Made by a program: the position numbers and the translations under genes. 64,000 nucleotides of DNA from an uncultured Acidobacteriaceae bacterium (GTDB lineage: Bacteria > Acidobacteriota > Terriglobia > Terriglobales > Acidobacteriaceae), in NCBI GenBank assembly GCA_963850865.1, contig CAWKMZ010000007.1, positions 282,845 through 346,844 of the forward strand, written 5' to 3'. Each line of letters opens with the position of its first letter. The stretch's first letter is position 1. This document shows positions 17,035 through 26,665 of this stretch, piece after piece. Below the pieces are notes generated by a model that saw nothing but the letters and a program-made list of their open reading frames with translations, made no database searches and was not told the DNA's origin.

Positions 17035-17466
17035 ATGCCGGTGACCACCGAAGTCCGTGTGCGGTATGCCGAGACCGATCAGATGGGCATTGTTTACTAT
17101 GCCAACTACCTGGTCTGGTTTGAGATTGGCCGCGTCGAGCTGTTGCGGTCAGTTGGGCTGGAATACAGCTGCCTGGAGACCGATCACGGATGCATTCTGC
17201 CGGTGATCGACGTATCCTGCCGCTATAAATCGCCGGCACGCTACGACGACGAAATCCTGATTGAAACGCGGCCAGCGATGCTGCGCGGCACAGTTCTCAA
17301 ATTTGCCTATCGCATCCTGCGCAAAGCCGCCGATGGCGGAGAACACACACTCCTGGCCGAAGGCGAGACGGTGCATGTGGTCTGCGACGATCAGCTGAAC
17401 CGGAAACCATTGCCGGAAAAGTACACAGCGGCATTGAAGGCGCTGATGCAGAAGGACGCAGTTTAG
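17035..17466 (+). CDS. ybgC: Acyl-CoA thioesterase, YbgC/4HBT family
   Basis: VRYAETDQMGIVYYANYLVWFEIGR is the hot-dog fold signature. 143 aa. Confidence 0.88.
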   Translation: MPVTTEVRVRYAETDQMGIVYYANYLVWFEIGRVELLRSVGLEYSCLETDHGCILPVIDVSCRYKSPARYDDEILIETRPAMLRGTVLKFAYRILRKAADGGEHTLLAEGETVHVVCDDQLNRKPLPEKYTAALKALMQKDAV

Positions 17467-17506
17467 CTAGCGCTGCGAAATCGGCTCTACAAAATCCTCT
17501 AGAAGA

Positions 17507-17998
17507 TCACCCGATCTCGATTCCCGACGACGGGAATTTCAGTTGCTGGTTATCGGCCAGGCGCTCAACGCGATATTTCCGGCAGGCTTCAATCTCGTCC
17601 GGAATCATGACGCGGTAGAGTGTGCCGTCGCGATTGGGTTCGCCCTCTTTGCGGATGGCGCCGATCGATTCAAGAGCGCGCAGGGTGTCCTGGACCTTGC
17701 CCAGCGAGACTGGGTTGTCGTCGAGCTGCGAATAGGATGATTTGACGACGGCAGTCTGCAAGTGGCGCGAACTCACGCGAAGATGAGGGTCGCCGTCCTT
17801 GGCAATCGAATGGCGGAAGAGAAACCAGTAAAACGCGGCGTCGTAGGGGGAGAGCTGGGGCTGTAAATCGTCAACGATTTGCTGAATGATGAGGGACAGT
17901 TCCGAGGCGGAGAGGTCGCGGTCGCTCGCGGATTGCGTGCCGGGCTCTGACTCAAGTTCATTGAGGAGCTGGCGTATCTTGTCGATCCTCTGATTCAT
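17507..17998 (-). CDS. Hypothetical protein with probable winged-helix C-terminal domain
   Basis: 163-aa ORF, 51 nt downstream of the O-methyltransferase gene on the same strand. Composition is protein-like and the C-terminal half looks wHTH-like (LGKVQDTLRALESIGAIRKEGEPNRDGTLYRV). No family recognised. Confidence 0.65.
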   Translation of the reverse strand: MNQRIDKIRQLLNELESEPGTQSASDRDLSASELSLIIQQIVDDLQPQLSPYDAAFYWFLFRHSIAKDGDPHLRVSSRHLQTAVVKSSYSQLDDNPVSLGKVQDTLRALESIGAIRKEGEPNRDGTLYRVMIPDEIEACRKYRVERLADNQQLKFPSSGIEIG

Positions 17999-18049
17999 GT
18001 TGGAGAGAATTCTACGCCGAATTCCCGGACGCAGGCCCAGGTTTGACGA

Positions 18050-18733
18050 TCAGCGCAGGACGACGGCCAGTGCGAAGCCATCGAGGCCCTTGACTCCCAC
18101 CGTTTGCAGGGCGACGGCGCTCAGGCGCGGCTCACGGGCCATCATCTCCAGGCATCGGCGGGTGCCGACAATGTCGGGCTCGGAGCTTTTGGCCTCGATG
18201 ACACCGCCGTGGCGGGCAATGTTATCGACAACGATCACGGTTCCGCGGCGGGAGAGCTTCAGAGCCCACTGAAGATAGTGCGGATTGTTTTCCTTATCGG
18301 CGTCGATGAAGATCAAGTCGAACGGACCGGCGCCCGACGCTTTTAAGGCGGGAAGGCTTTCGAGGGCTGGTCCAACGCGAATCTCAACACGGCTGAGCAA
18401 GCCGGCGCAATGCAGATTGGCGCGAGCGATTTCAGCGTGCCGGGGGCTGAATTCGAGCGAGATAATACGCCCGCCTTTGGGCAATGCGCGGGCCATCCAG
18501 ATGGTGGAGTAGCCGCCGAGCGTGCCGATCTCAAGAACTCGCCGCGCTCGCGTCATGTGCACAAGGACTTGCAGAAACTTGCCCTGGAGCGGAGAGACAT
18601 CGATGGCTGGAAGGCGGGCCTTTCGATTAGCCTTGACGGCGGCTTCAAGCTTGTCGTCGGAAGGGGCAAGCAGATCGCCAAGATAGCGGTCAACGGAGGT
18701 CCAGAGCGGCGCTGTGATGGGTTTGCGCGGCAT
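18050..18733 (-). CDS. Class I SAM-dependent O-methyltransferase (family 3, caffeoyl-CoA OMT/YrrM-like)
   Basis: Has VLEIGTLGGYSTIWMA (SAM site) and FDLIFIDADKENN. Its start abuts the ispB stop (18733/18734). Confidence 0.9.
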   Translation of the reverse strand: MPRKPITAPLWTSVDRYLGDLLAPSDDKLEAAVKANRKARLPAIDVSPLQGKFLQVLVHMTRARRVLEIGTLGGYSTIWMARALPKGGRIISLEFSPRHAEIARANLHCAGLLSRVEIRVGPALESLPALKASGAGPFDLIFIDADKENNPHYLQWALKLSRRGTVIVVDNIARHGGVIEAKSSEPDIVGTRRCLEMMAREPRLSAVALQTVGVKGLDGFALAVVLR

Positions 18734-19723
18734 TTACTTCTCCCGCGCCACCACAAAATCCGGGACCCAGAGAAGAGCGCGCTTAAAGTCGCTGTCGGCG
18801 AGCGGCGCCAGAGCCTGACGGGACTGCTCGGCGTAGCGATCGGCGGCAGCCATGGCGTACTCGACCGAGCCGTTGCGCACCAGAATCTCGCGGATCTGCT
18901 GGCGGCTGACATTCTCAAAGCTGCGATCGTCAAGGACGCGCCGGATGGCTTTGCGGTCGGAGGCGGTTCCGTGATCGGCCGCATGGACGACGGCCAGCGT
19001 GGCCTTGCCTTCGCGAAGGTCGCTGGCCACAGGCTTGCCCAAAACTTCTTCGGTCGCAGTGAGGTCGAGGACGTCGTCGACGATCTGGAAAGCCAGGCCA
19101 ACGGCGCGGCCAAAGGCGCCCAGGCCCGATTCCTCGGCCTCGGTAGCGCCAGCCAAAACCGCTCCGAGACGCATGGAAACTGAGAACAGGCATGCGGTTT
19201 TGCGGAAGATCAGGTCGTAGTATTCGGCTTCAGAGACCATCTTGCCGAGCTTCTGAATCTGAAGGAGCTCGCCCTCGACCATCTGCTGGGTGAGGTTGAT
19301 GAGCAGGTCGAGCACGCGCAGGTTGCGCTCCTCGAGCGCTACTTTGAAGGCCTGCATGTAAAGCCAGTCGCCGGCGAGGACGCACTTTTCATTGCCCCAG
19401 GTGGTGTTGGCGGAAGGGCGGCCGCGGCGGGTGTCGGCGCCGTCAATGATGTCGTCGTGGACGAGCGTGGCCGTGTGCAGCATCTCAACGACCGCGCCGA
19501 GGCGGATGGCGCTGTGGCCAAAGAAATCCAATTGATGAGCGGCCAGCAGCAGGAGCGTTGGCCGGATTCGCTTGCCTCCGCCTTCACGAAGGTACTCGGC
19601 AATTTCGGTGATGGTGCTGACGCTGGACGCGGCGTCGCGGCCGAGTTCCTGCTCTACTGCGACGAGGTCCTCCCTCAGCAGCTCAAAGACCTCCCGCGCC
19701 GAGACTATGGAGGATGTGCTCAA
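18734..19723 (-). CDS. ispB: Polyprenyl-diphosphate synthase (long-chain, IspB-like)
   Basis: Has the two Asp-rich motifs LVHDDIIDGADTRRG and FQIVDDVLD. Confidence 0.9.
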   Translation of the reverse strand: MSTSSIVSAREVFELLREDLVAVEQELGRDAASSVSTITEIAEYLREGGGKRIRPTLLLLAAHQLDFFGHSAIRLGAVVEMLHTATLVHDDIIDGADTRRGRPSANTTWGNEKCVLAGDWLYMQAFKVALEERNLRVLDLLINLTQQMVEGELLQIQKLGKMVSEAEYYDLIFRKTACLFSVSMRLGAVLAGATEAEESGLGAFGRAVGLAFQIVDDVLDLTATEEVLGKPVASDLREGKATLAVVHAADHGTASDRKAIRRVLDDRSFENVSRQQIREILVRNGSVEYAMAAADRYAEQSRQALAPLADSDFKRALLWVPDFVVAREK

Positions 19724-19795
19724 AGTGCTCCGATTTTAAAGCATAGACAGGGGAAATGGCGATTTCTTCTGAAGATTGGATCTGGCACTGAAGAC

Positions 19796-20176
19796 CTAAG
19801 CCTCGGCAATGGCCGCAATGGACACCTTCATGCCGGGGATTCTAACGGGTAACTTTGCTCCCTGTCGCGCGGGCGGATTTGCTGGAAACCACTTGACCCA
19901 CTCTTCATTCATCCCGGCGAAGTCTGCCTCTTCAAGAAGGATAACGGTGGCACTCACGACACGATCAAGCGAAGTACCCGCTGCCTTGAGGATGGCCGAC
20001 ACATTCTGGAGGCACTGCCTGGTCTGCTCCTGGATCGTATCCCCGACGACCTTTCCGGTGGCGGGGTCAAGAGGCCCGGTTCCTGAGACAAACACCAGAC
20101 CAGCGGCTCGTACCGCCTGGCTGTAAGCCGGCGGTGGAGACGGAGCGTTCGGCGTCAGAATGATCTCCCTTGCCAA
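19796..20176 (-). CDS. ridA: RidA/YjgF family reactive-intermediate deaminase
   Basis: 126 aa. Has the typical PAYSQAV...GLVFVSG...ARQGAKLP pattern. Confidence 0.9.
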   Translation of the reverse strand: MAREIILTPNAPSPPPAYSQAVRAAGLVFVSGTGPLDPATGKVVGDTIQEQTRQCLQNVSAILKAAGTSLDRVVSATVILLEEADFAGMNEEWVKWFPANPPARQGAKLPVRIPGMKVSIAAIAEA

Positions 20177-20217
20177 GATGCTCTCCGTTCAAGACCCATC
20201 CGGGTGCGCTGGAGCGG

Positions 20218-20718
20218 TTAGTTCGTGCGATAGTTGGTGAACTGCAATTCCAGGCCGAGATCCTTAGCGCGCAGCAGGGCAATGATGGCCTGCAATTCGT
20301 CCCGGTCCTTACTGGAGATTCTTACGGTATCGCCCTGGATGCTGGCTTGAGCCTTCTTTTTCGAATCTTTTACCAGGCGCACGATTTCTTTTGCTTTTTC
20401 AACGGGGATACCCTGCTGAAGACTGATCTTCTGGCGGACGCTTTGGCCCGTCGCGGGCTCAATTTTGCCGTAGGTCAGGTTCTTGAGCGAGACGCCACGC
20501 TTGACGAGCTTCTGGCAGAGGATGTCCTTGACCGCCTCCAGCTTGTACTCGTTGCTTGAAGCCAATTGGATGGCGTCCAGGCCCTCGAGGTTGACCTCGG
20601 AGTGGGTGTCCTTGAGGTCAAAGCGCTGGCGAATCTCCTTGATTGCCTGGTCGATGGCGTTGCGCGCCTCCTGCATATCAATCTTGCTCACGACGTCAAA
20701 TGAGTTTTCCTGTGCCAT
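20218..20718 (-). CDS. yajQ: YajQ family nucleotide-binding protein (UPF0234)
   Basis: Begins SFDVVSKIDMQEARNAIDQA. About 165 aa, typical of YajQ. Confidence 0.9.
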   Translation of the reverse strand: MAQENSFDVVSKIDMQEARNAIDQAIKEIRQRFDLKDTHSEVNLEGLDAIQLASSNEYKLEAVKDILCQKLVKRGVSLKNLTYGKIEPATGQSVRQKISLQQGIPVEKAKEIVRLVKDSKKKAQASIQGDTVRISSKDRDELQAIIALLRAKDLGLELQFTNYRTN

Positions 20719-20769
20719 GGCTGTCTCGTCCTCAAAATGCTCGGCGGGCTGCCGCCGACTATGCCTTTA

Positions 20770-21609
20770 TCAGTTTCCCACGTCCGGTTGGAGATGGAAC
20801 AACCGGCAGAAGTTTGCCGTGGTCGCGGCAGCGATTTCATCAGGTGTGACGTTGAGGAGTCCGGCCAGAACTTGAGCCGTTTGCGCGACCATGGCCGGCT
20901 CATTGCGCTCTCCGCGATGGGGTGCGGGCGCGAGCCAAGGAGCGTCCGTTTCAACGAGGATTCGGTCGAGAGGCAGGCGGGCAGCTACATCGCGGAGCGG
21001 CTGCGCTTTGGGATAGGTGAGATTACCGGCAAAGGAGACCAGGAAACCAAGGTCCAGCGAGCGGCGGGCCTGCTCCCAGCCGCCGCCAAAGCAGTGCATG
21101 ACGCCGCCTAATCCGGATGGCCGCCAATGTTGCTCCAAAACGACAAAAAGATCATCCCATGCATCGGCGGACTCGTTTGTGCCGCGGCAGTGGATCAGGA
21201 TAGGCCGCTTGCGCGCGGAGGCAATCTCGAGCTGGCTGATGAGGCCGGCGCGCTGGACGTCGCGCAGAGCGCCCTCGTGATAGTAGTCGAGGCCAATTTC
21301 GCCGCAGGCGATGACTTCAGGCTCGGCGAGGAGGGTGTCGAGTTTGGCCAGAACGGCAGCATCGGCTTCCGGGGTGTTGTGGGGATAAATTCCTGCACTG
21401 GCGTAGAGCTTGGGAAGGTTCGCGCCCGCCTGGCGCCGCGCATTGAACTCGCGGCAAATGTCGAGTGCCTGATGCATTTCGGCGGGCCCTTCGCCGATGC
21501 CAATGGAGAGGACAGCGCCGACACCCGCTTCCCGTGCGCGCACGAGCATCGCCTCACGATCGTCCGCGTAGCGTGGGCTGTCAAGGTGGGCATGAGAGTC
21601 GATCAGCAA
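20770..21609 (-). CDS. tatD: TatD family metal-dependent hydrolase
   Basis: Starts MLIDSHAHLD. Has the HCR and ETDAP motifs. Confidence 0.9.
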   Translation of the reverse strand: MLIDSHAHLDSPRYADDREAMLVRAREAGVGAVLSIGIGEGPAEMHQALDICREFNARRQAGANLPKLYASAGIYPHNTPEADAAVLAKLDTLLAEPEVIACGEIGLDYYHEGALRDVQRAGLISQLEIASARKRPILIHCRGTNESADAWDDLFVVLEQHWRPSGLGGVMHCFGGGWEQARRSLDLGFLVSFAGNLTYPKAQPLRDVAARLPLDRILVETDAPWLAPAPHRGERNEPAMVAQTAQVLAGLLNVTPDEIAAATTANFCRLFHLQPDVGN

Positions 21610-21739
21610 AGGCGCCTCATGGTTTGCTTGTGGAGATTCGTGGCAGCAAGGATCAGTTTAGTGCAGCGGGATTGGCCTGGGGGAATGTTGCGGCGTGTAC
21701 GTCGGACGTGTGCCGGCTCGTCTACCATCGGAGCAGCAG

Positions 21740-22531
21740 ATGCGCAAAAAACCAAAGCTCGGGCAAAACTTTCTGGTGGACATACAGGCCGCGCACAGGA
21801 TTGCGGCGGCGTTGGGAGAGATGGCCGGTCGCACAGTGGTTGAGATCGGTCCTGGAAAGGGCGCGATTACCGGAGCCCTGGCGGCACAAGCCGGACACGT
21901 TGTGGCTGTTGAGCTGGACCGGGAGCTGGCAGCGGGGCTTCGCGAGCAATTCGATCCGGCAAGGGTGACGGTGGTCGAAGACGACGTGCTGCGATTTGAT
22001 TTTGCGGGAGCAGCGGCGCAAGCGGGAAAGCGGCTGCGCGTGGCAGGCAATCTGCCGTACGCGATTACTTCGCCGATCCTCTTGAAGCTGGCGGCCAGCC
22101 ACGCCGCGCTTGACGTCGCCGTGCTGATGGTCCAGCGCGAGGTGGCCGAGCGAGTGACTGCCGCACCGGGCTCACGCGATTATGGCCTGCTTTCGGCGAC
22201 AATGCAGATGTACGGGCCAGTGGAGCAGCTCTTCACGCTGCCGCCGTCGGCTTTCTCGCCGCCGCCGAAGGTCTATTCCACTGTTTTTCGCTGGCGATTC
22301 GCGCCGCGCTTCGCGGAGTTGGGCGTTGATGAGGCGGAATTTCTTCGATTTCTGCGCCGGATTTTTGCGCAGAAGCGCAAGACGCTGGCCAATAACCTTC
22401 GAGCCGCCGGAATTGCGCCGGAAGCAGTCACCAGAGCCCTCGCTACCGCGGGAGTCGATCCACTGGCCCGTGCCGAGGCGGTGCCCGTTGAGGCTCTCGC
22501 CCGGCTTCAGCGGCAATCAGCGGAGCGATGA
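21740..22531 (+). CDS. rsmA: 16S rRNA (adenine1518/1519-N6)-dimethyltransferase
   Basis: Has KLGQNFLVD, VVEIGPGKGAIT and GNLPYAITSPIL. ATG 21740 has GGAG upstream. The ORF is open to 21695. Confidence 0.92.
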   Translation: MRKKPKLGQNFLVDIQAAHRIAAALGEMAGRTVVEIGPGKGAITGALAAQAGHVVAVELDRELAAGLREQFDPARVTVVEDDVLRFDFAGAAAQAGKRLRVAGNLPYAITSPILLKLAASHAALDVAVLMVQREVAERVTAAPGSRDYGLLSATMQMYGPVEQLFTLPPSAFSPPPKVYSTVFRWRFAPRFAELGVDEAEFLRFLRRIFAQKRKTLANNLRAAGIAPEAVTRALATAGVDPLARAEAVPVEALARLQRQSAER

Positions 22532-22677
22532 CCGATGGTTCGCCAAAGAGGTTTTCGAGCAACGGGACCTGCGCGTAAGCTATGAGACAGGGAGCAACAA
22601 CCCTCCAGTTTCAACCTTGACTTGCCGCGAAATTCCGGAACCCGCTGGGGACCGGGGAGAGTCTAACCAAGAAAGCG

Positions 22678-23976
22678 ATGAATCCGATCGTCCAACAAGA
22701 ACCGCGGCAACAGCAGCGCGAGGACACTTTCCAGGAAACGCTGGTGAGCGCACGCCGAACCATGCTCATGAGCGAGATCCTGAAGCTGGCCGGAGACAGT
22801 TTCCGCGCCAGCAAGACGCGCTTTGCGCTCACCGCGCTGGGCATGGTGATCGGCACGGCGTCAGTAATTCTGGTGGTGACGATTGGAATGACGGGAAAGC
22901 AATACGTCCAGGAGTTAATCCAGAAGATCGGCACCAACACCGTAGAGGTTGAGTATGCGGGCGGAGGCGCCACGCCGGGCGAGCGGGTACGCTACAACGA
23001 CTTCCTGACCCGCGAGGACGAGAAGGCCGTGGACCAGCAGGTGCCCGGCGTGATGTATTCCTCGCCGGTGCTGACGATGCACAACCGCCTCAGCTTTCCC
23101 GGCGGAATCCAGAGGGACACGCTTGTACTGGGCGTCTCTCCGGAGTACCCGCAAATCCGCAATCTGATTGTCACTCAGGGCCGGTTTTTCGATGAAACGG
23201 ACGACACGACTCACTGCCATTGCGCTGTGGTGACGCAGCAATTCGCCAAGGAACAATATGGCGGCGATGACCTGGCCATCGACCAGACCTTTCAGGTTCT
23301 GGGCATTCCCTTCACCATCATCGGAGTCTTCAAAGAGAGCGTGTCGGACTTCGGGCAATCGGAGATCCAGGACGAGACCGTACTCGTCCCCTATTCGGTG
23401 GCGCGCTACTTTACGGGGACTGAGAACGTGAACCAGATCTACTTTTCACTGCAGAGCATGAACGAAGTGCCCGATGCCGCGAGAGAGATTGTGCAAGTAA
23501 TCAGGTCCAGCCCGCGGCATCGCCCGAGCTCGATCTATAAGGCACAGACGCTCAGCGAACTGCTGGTGACGGCGGCAAAGATCGCAGACGCTCTTACGGC
23601 CGTGCTGGTGATGGTAGCGGCAGTGACGCTGGCAGTGGGCGGCGTGGGCATTATGAACATTATGCTGGCCAATGTGCGCTCCCGCATTCGCGAGATCGGC
23701 ATTCGCAAGGCGCTGGGCGCCACATACCGCGAGATCAAATTGCAGTTTCTTACCGAGGCGATCCTCATCTCGATTACCGGTGGCATTGTGGGCAGCCTCG
23801 TGGGCCTCATGATTCCGTTTTCCATCCGTATTTTCAGCGGCTACGATTTTCCCATCTCGTGGCTGTCGGTGGTGATCGCCCTGACCGCGGCAACTCTGGT
23901 AGGAGTGATTTTTGGAACCGTGCCAGCGACGCGCGCCGCGCAGATGGATCCGGTGGAGTCACTGAAGTATGAATGA
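22678..23976 (+). CDS. ABC transporter permease, MacB/FtsX-like, no adjacent ATPase
   Basis: Has an N-terminal TM, a periplasmic MacB-type domain, and a C-terminal FtsX 3-TM bundle (REIGIRKALGA motif). Confidence 0.88.
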   Translation: MNPIVQQEPRQQQREDTFQETLVSARRTMLMSEILKLAGDSFRASKTRFALTALGMVIGTASVILVVTIGMTGKQYVQELIQKIGTNTVEVEYAGGGATPGERVRYNDFLTREDEKAVDQQVPGVMYSSPVLTMHNRLSFPGGIQRDTLVLGVSPEYPQIRNLIVTQGRFFDETDDTTHCHCAVVTQQFAKEQYGGDDLAIDQTFQVLGIPFTIIGVFKESVSDFGQSEIQDETVLVPYSVARYFTGTENVNQIYFSLQSMNEVPDAAREIVQVIRSSPRHRPSSIYKAQTLSELLVTAAKIADALTAVLVMVAAVTLAVGGVGIMNIMLANVRSRIREIGIRKALGATYREIKLQFLTEAILISITGGIVGSLVGLMIPFSIRIFSGYDFPISWLSVVIALTAATLVGVIFGTVPATRAAQMDPVESLKYE

Positions 23977-24133
23977 CAATCCGGATTCCGAGATCGAGCG
24001 GCAAGACGCCTCGAGCGACGAACCGGCGCAAGGACCCAATCTGGCTCTTCTCTATGGCCTGATTGCGCTCGCTTTGGCGGCAGCCATCGGCCTGGCAGCG
24101 TTGATTGTGCGGCCTTTTTATCTCCGCCGATAG
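23969..24133 (+). CDS. Possible small single-pass membrane protein (54 aa)
   Basis: Its ATG overlaps the permease stop by 8 nt. It reads MNDNPDSEIERQDASSDEPAQGPNLALLYGLIALALAAAIGLAALIVRPFYLRR. It falls below the ORF-track length cut-off. Support is only the TM helix and the coupling geometry. Confidence 0.35.
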   Translation: MNDNPDSEIERQDASSDEPAQGPNLALLYGLIALALAAAIGLAALIVRPFYLRR

Positions 24134-24231
24134 AGTGAGTTAGCCCAATCCACACATCCCTCTTTAAATAGCGCGCATCTGAATCTGCTGGATGTGTCGT
24201 GTCGTTTTGCGACCGATAGGAGAAGAAGACA

Positions 24232-24504
24232 ATGAGACGAAAAATCAAGACTTTGCGCTCATGTTTGAGACGCTTCGTTCCGATGTTCTTTGCGGCAGCC
24301 ATTGCCTTACCTATCCTCTGCACCGGCTGCACGGGAACTGTGCGGGTTTACGACCCCTACTACCACGACTATCACGGGTGGGCGGCTGAAGAGCCTTACT
24401 ACAACCAGTGGGAGCACGACACTCACCGCGACCACCAGGATTTCAACAAGCGGAATAAGGATGACCAGAAGGCCTACTGGGACTGGCGGCATAACCAGCA
24501 CTAA
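24232..24504 (+). CDS. Small secreted protein or lipoprotein rich in His/Tyr/Trp
   Basis: A GGAGAAGAAG RBS lies upstream. The signal peptide has a Cys-containing LCTGC end. The mature part is YDPYYHDYHGW...YWDWRHNQH. Confidence 0.6.
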   Translation: MRRKIKTLRSCLRRFVPMFFAAAIALPILCTGCTGTVRVYDPYYHDYHGWAAEEPYYNQWEHDTHRDHQDFNKRNKDDQKAYWDWRHNQH

Positions 24505-24525
24505 AGGTTCCGTCAATGCCGGTTC

Positions 24526-24732
24526 TCAGCGTTCTTCGCTTGGCCGTTCGGCGTGTTCGATGATCAAGACGGGAATGCCATCGGCAATGAGATAGGCGCG
24601 GCCGCATGCGGTACAAAGCAGGCGGGAGCTCTCAAGGCACAGGCCGCCGTAACAGGCGGGACACGCCAATTGCTTAAGTGTCGCCTGATCAAACGTGGGA
24701 GGACGGACTGGTTTTTCAACCATGGCAGGCAC
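24526..24732 (-). CDS. Trm112/YcaR family zinc-ribbon protein (UPF0434)
   Basis: Reads LACPACYGGL...LLCTACGRAYLIADGIPVLI. 68 aa. Confidence 0.85.
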   Translation of the reverse strand: MPAMVEKPVRPPTFDQATLKQLACPACYGGLCLESSRLLCTACGRAYLIADGIPVLIIEHAERPSEER

Positions 24733-24742
24733 CGATCACTGA

Positions 24743-25792
24743 TTAGTGAATCGTCGCGTCGGTGTCGGCGTCATGATCGGGACGCGGCTTGGGCCGGCCC
24801 GCGAAGGCCTGCTCGATGCGTTCGTTGGCGCCGGAGCGCGAGAACTCGTGGGCCACGCGGATACCGTTATAAATGGCGACTTCGTTCGACGATCCGTGAC
24901 CGATGATGCAGACGCCGCGGACGCCGAGCAGCGGCGCGCCGCCGTATTCGGTGTAGTCCAGGCGGCGGCGAAAGTCGTTAAAGGCCTTGCGCGACAGCAG
25001 CGCGCCCACCTGGGCGGTAACGGTCTTATTCAATGAGCTGCGCAGCGCATCGCGCACAAAACGCCCGATGCCTTCACTGGTCTTGAGGGCCACATTTCCC
25101 ACAAATCCGTCGCAGACGATCACATCGGCCTGGCCGTTGAAGATGTCGCGACCCTCAACGTTGCCAATGAAGTTAATGGGCAGAGCTTTGAGGAGCGGGA
25201 AGGCTTCGCGGGTAAGCTCGTTGCCCTTGGTTTCTTCCTCGCCGATGGAAAGAAGACCTACGCGCGGCCGCACGATCTTGAGCACGCTGCGGGCATACAC
25301 TTCGCCCATCACCGCGAATTGCTCGAGGTTTTGCGCTTTGCAGTCGACATTGGCGCCGACGTCGAGCAGGACGCAGGGGTTGCCCTTGGAGGTCGGCATG
25401 GGGGTGGCCAACGCCGGCCGATCGACACCGGGCAGCGCGCCCAGAACCATCTTGGCGGTCGCCATGGCCGCGCCGGTATTGCCGGCGGTCACAAAGCCAG
25501 CCGCTTTGCCCTCGCGAACGAGCTTGAGGCCCACTCGCAGCGAGCTGTCACGCTTGGAGCGGACCGCATGAGCAGCCTTTTCGTCCATCGCGATACGCTC
25601 TGAAGCGTGATGGATGACGATGGGCAGGTCTTCATCTTCAAGATGCTCATCGAGGAGGTCGCGGAGCTCCGACTCGGGACCGATCAGATGCACTCGCACA
25701 GGCAGAGTGCGGCAGGCGAGTATGGCTCCCTTAATCTCCGGCTCGGGAGCCTTATCGGTACCAACGGCGTCAAGCGCGATGTCGGTAAGCAT
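24743..25792 (-). CDS. plsX: Phosphate acyltransferase PlsX
   Basis: Reads [13 protein letters not shown]...GNTGA...VCDGFVGNV...GHGSS. The start is set at ATG 25792, avoiding overlap with rpmF. The ORF is open to 25903. Confidence 0.93.
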   Translation of the reverse strand: MLTDIALDAVGTDKAPEPEIKGAILACRTLPVRVHLIGPESELRDLLDEHLEDEDLPIVIHHASERIAMDEKAAHAVRSKRDSSLRVGLKLVREGKAAGFVTAGNTGAAMATAKMVLGALPGVDRPALATPMPTSKGNPCVLLDVGANVDCKAQNLEQFAVMGEVYARSVLKIVRPRVGLLSIGEEETKGNELTREAFPLLKALPINFIGNVEGRDIFNGQADVIVCDGFVGNVALKTSEGIGRFVRDALRSSLNKTVTAQVGALLSRKAFNDFRRRLDYTEYGGAPLLGVRGVCIIGHGSSNEVAIYNGIRVAHEFSRSGANERIEQAFAGRPKPRPDHDADTDATIH

Positions 25793-25803
25793 TGGGTTGA
25801 TGT

Positions 25804-25989
25804 TTACTTCGCTTCCTTCACTTCGAGCACGGAGCGGCCTTTGTAGGCCCCGCACTTGGCGCAGGCCTGATGGGGCAGCTTCTTCTCGTGGCAATTGGGG
25901 CACTCAGACAGCCCGGTGGCGGTAAGAAAGTCGTGAGAACGGCGAAGGGCGGTGCGGCGCGTTGAATGGCGCCTTTTGGGATTCGGCAT
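25804..25989 (-). CDS. rpmF: 50S ribosomal protein L32
   Basis: Begins [12 protein letters not shown] and has a CPNC...CAKCG zinc ribbon. Confidence 0.95.
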   Translation of the reverse strand: MPNPKRRHSTRRTALRRSHDFLTATGLSECPNCHEKKLPHQACAKCGAYKGRSVLEVKEAK

Positions 25990-26113
25990 GGTGCAATTCC
26001 TTTCGAATTTTGCCCGCTGAAGCTGTTTGCAGGCACCGGAACAGTTGAGCGTCTGGTTTCCCTGGCCAGATTGCGGAAACGGGGGACGCGCTCTGCTCCA
26101 TACAACTGAATCA

Positions 26114-26665
26114 TCAGGACTTGATCCGACTGCGCAACCCGGTCAACCCTTCCCAGCGGGGATCGATGGGACCCTCTTCGCAGGAACAGGGCTGGGTGTT
26201 GCGATTGGCTCCGCAGCGCGGGCAAAGTCCTTTGCAGTCAGGCTTGCACAGCGTCCTGACCGGCAGGGATAAAAGCACCTGCTCGCGCAGAACATCTTCA
26301 AGCAACAGACTGTCTCCTTGATAATAACCGATTTCGGTCTCTGACGCGGTTATGGAGCGCTCGGGCGGGTCTGCATCGGCTCCAATGGGGCGGAAGATGA
26401 GGTCGAACTCGGCTGCCAGGGGAATCTCAACCGGCTCAATGCATCGGGCACAGGGAACCTGGAAATCGCCTGCGAAACGGCCCCTCAGGCGGATGTCGGC
26501 GACGATTTCCTTGGGTCCGCGGTGCTCATGAATCACTTCGGCCTGGCCGGAGGTGGCGAGATCGCCGACCTGCTCGGCTTCCTCGCCGAAATTGATCGAA
26601 CCGGGTTTCAGCACCAGGTCAAATTCGACCGGTTCGCGCTCCAGTTCTACGACTTTGAACTCCAT
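26114..26665 (-). CDS. yceD: YceD/DUF177 family protein
   Basis: It lies in the conserved position upstream of rpmF-plsX. It has the C-terminal Cys cluster CKPDCKGLCPRCG. The start is uncertain (26665, 26683 or 26836). Confidence 0.82.
   Translation of the reverse strand: MEFKVVELEREPVEFDLVLKPGSINFGEEAEQVGDLATSGQAEVIHEHRGPKEIVADIRLRGRFAGDFQVPCARCIEPVEIPLAAEFDLIFRPIGADADPPERSITASETEIGYYQGDSLLLEDVLREQVLLSLPVRTLCKPDCKGLCPRCGANRNTQPCSCEEGPIDPRWEGLTGLRSRIKS

Noticed and set aside
25793-25903. N-terminal extensions of ORFs: plsX to 25903, yceD to 26836, serine hydrolase to 5099, surA-like to 36318, photolyase to 55522, exbD to 39796, gatC to 48819
   Set aside because: The extensions overlap upstream genes or lack protein-like sequence. 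Internal ATGs give the canonical N-termini or signal peptides.
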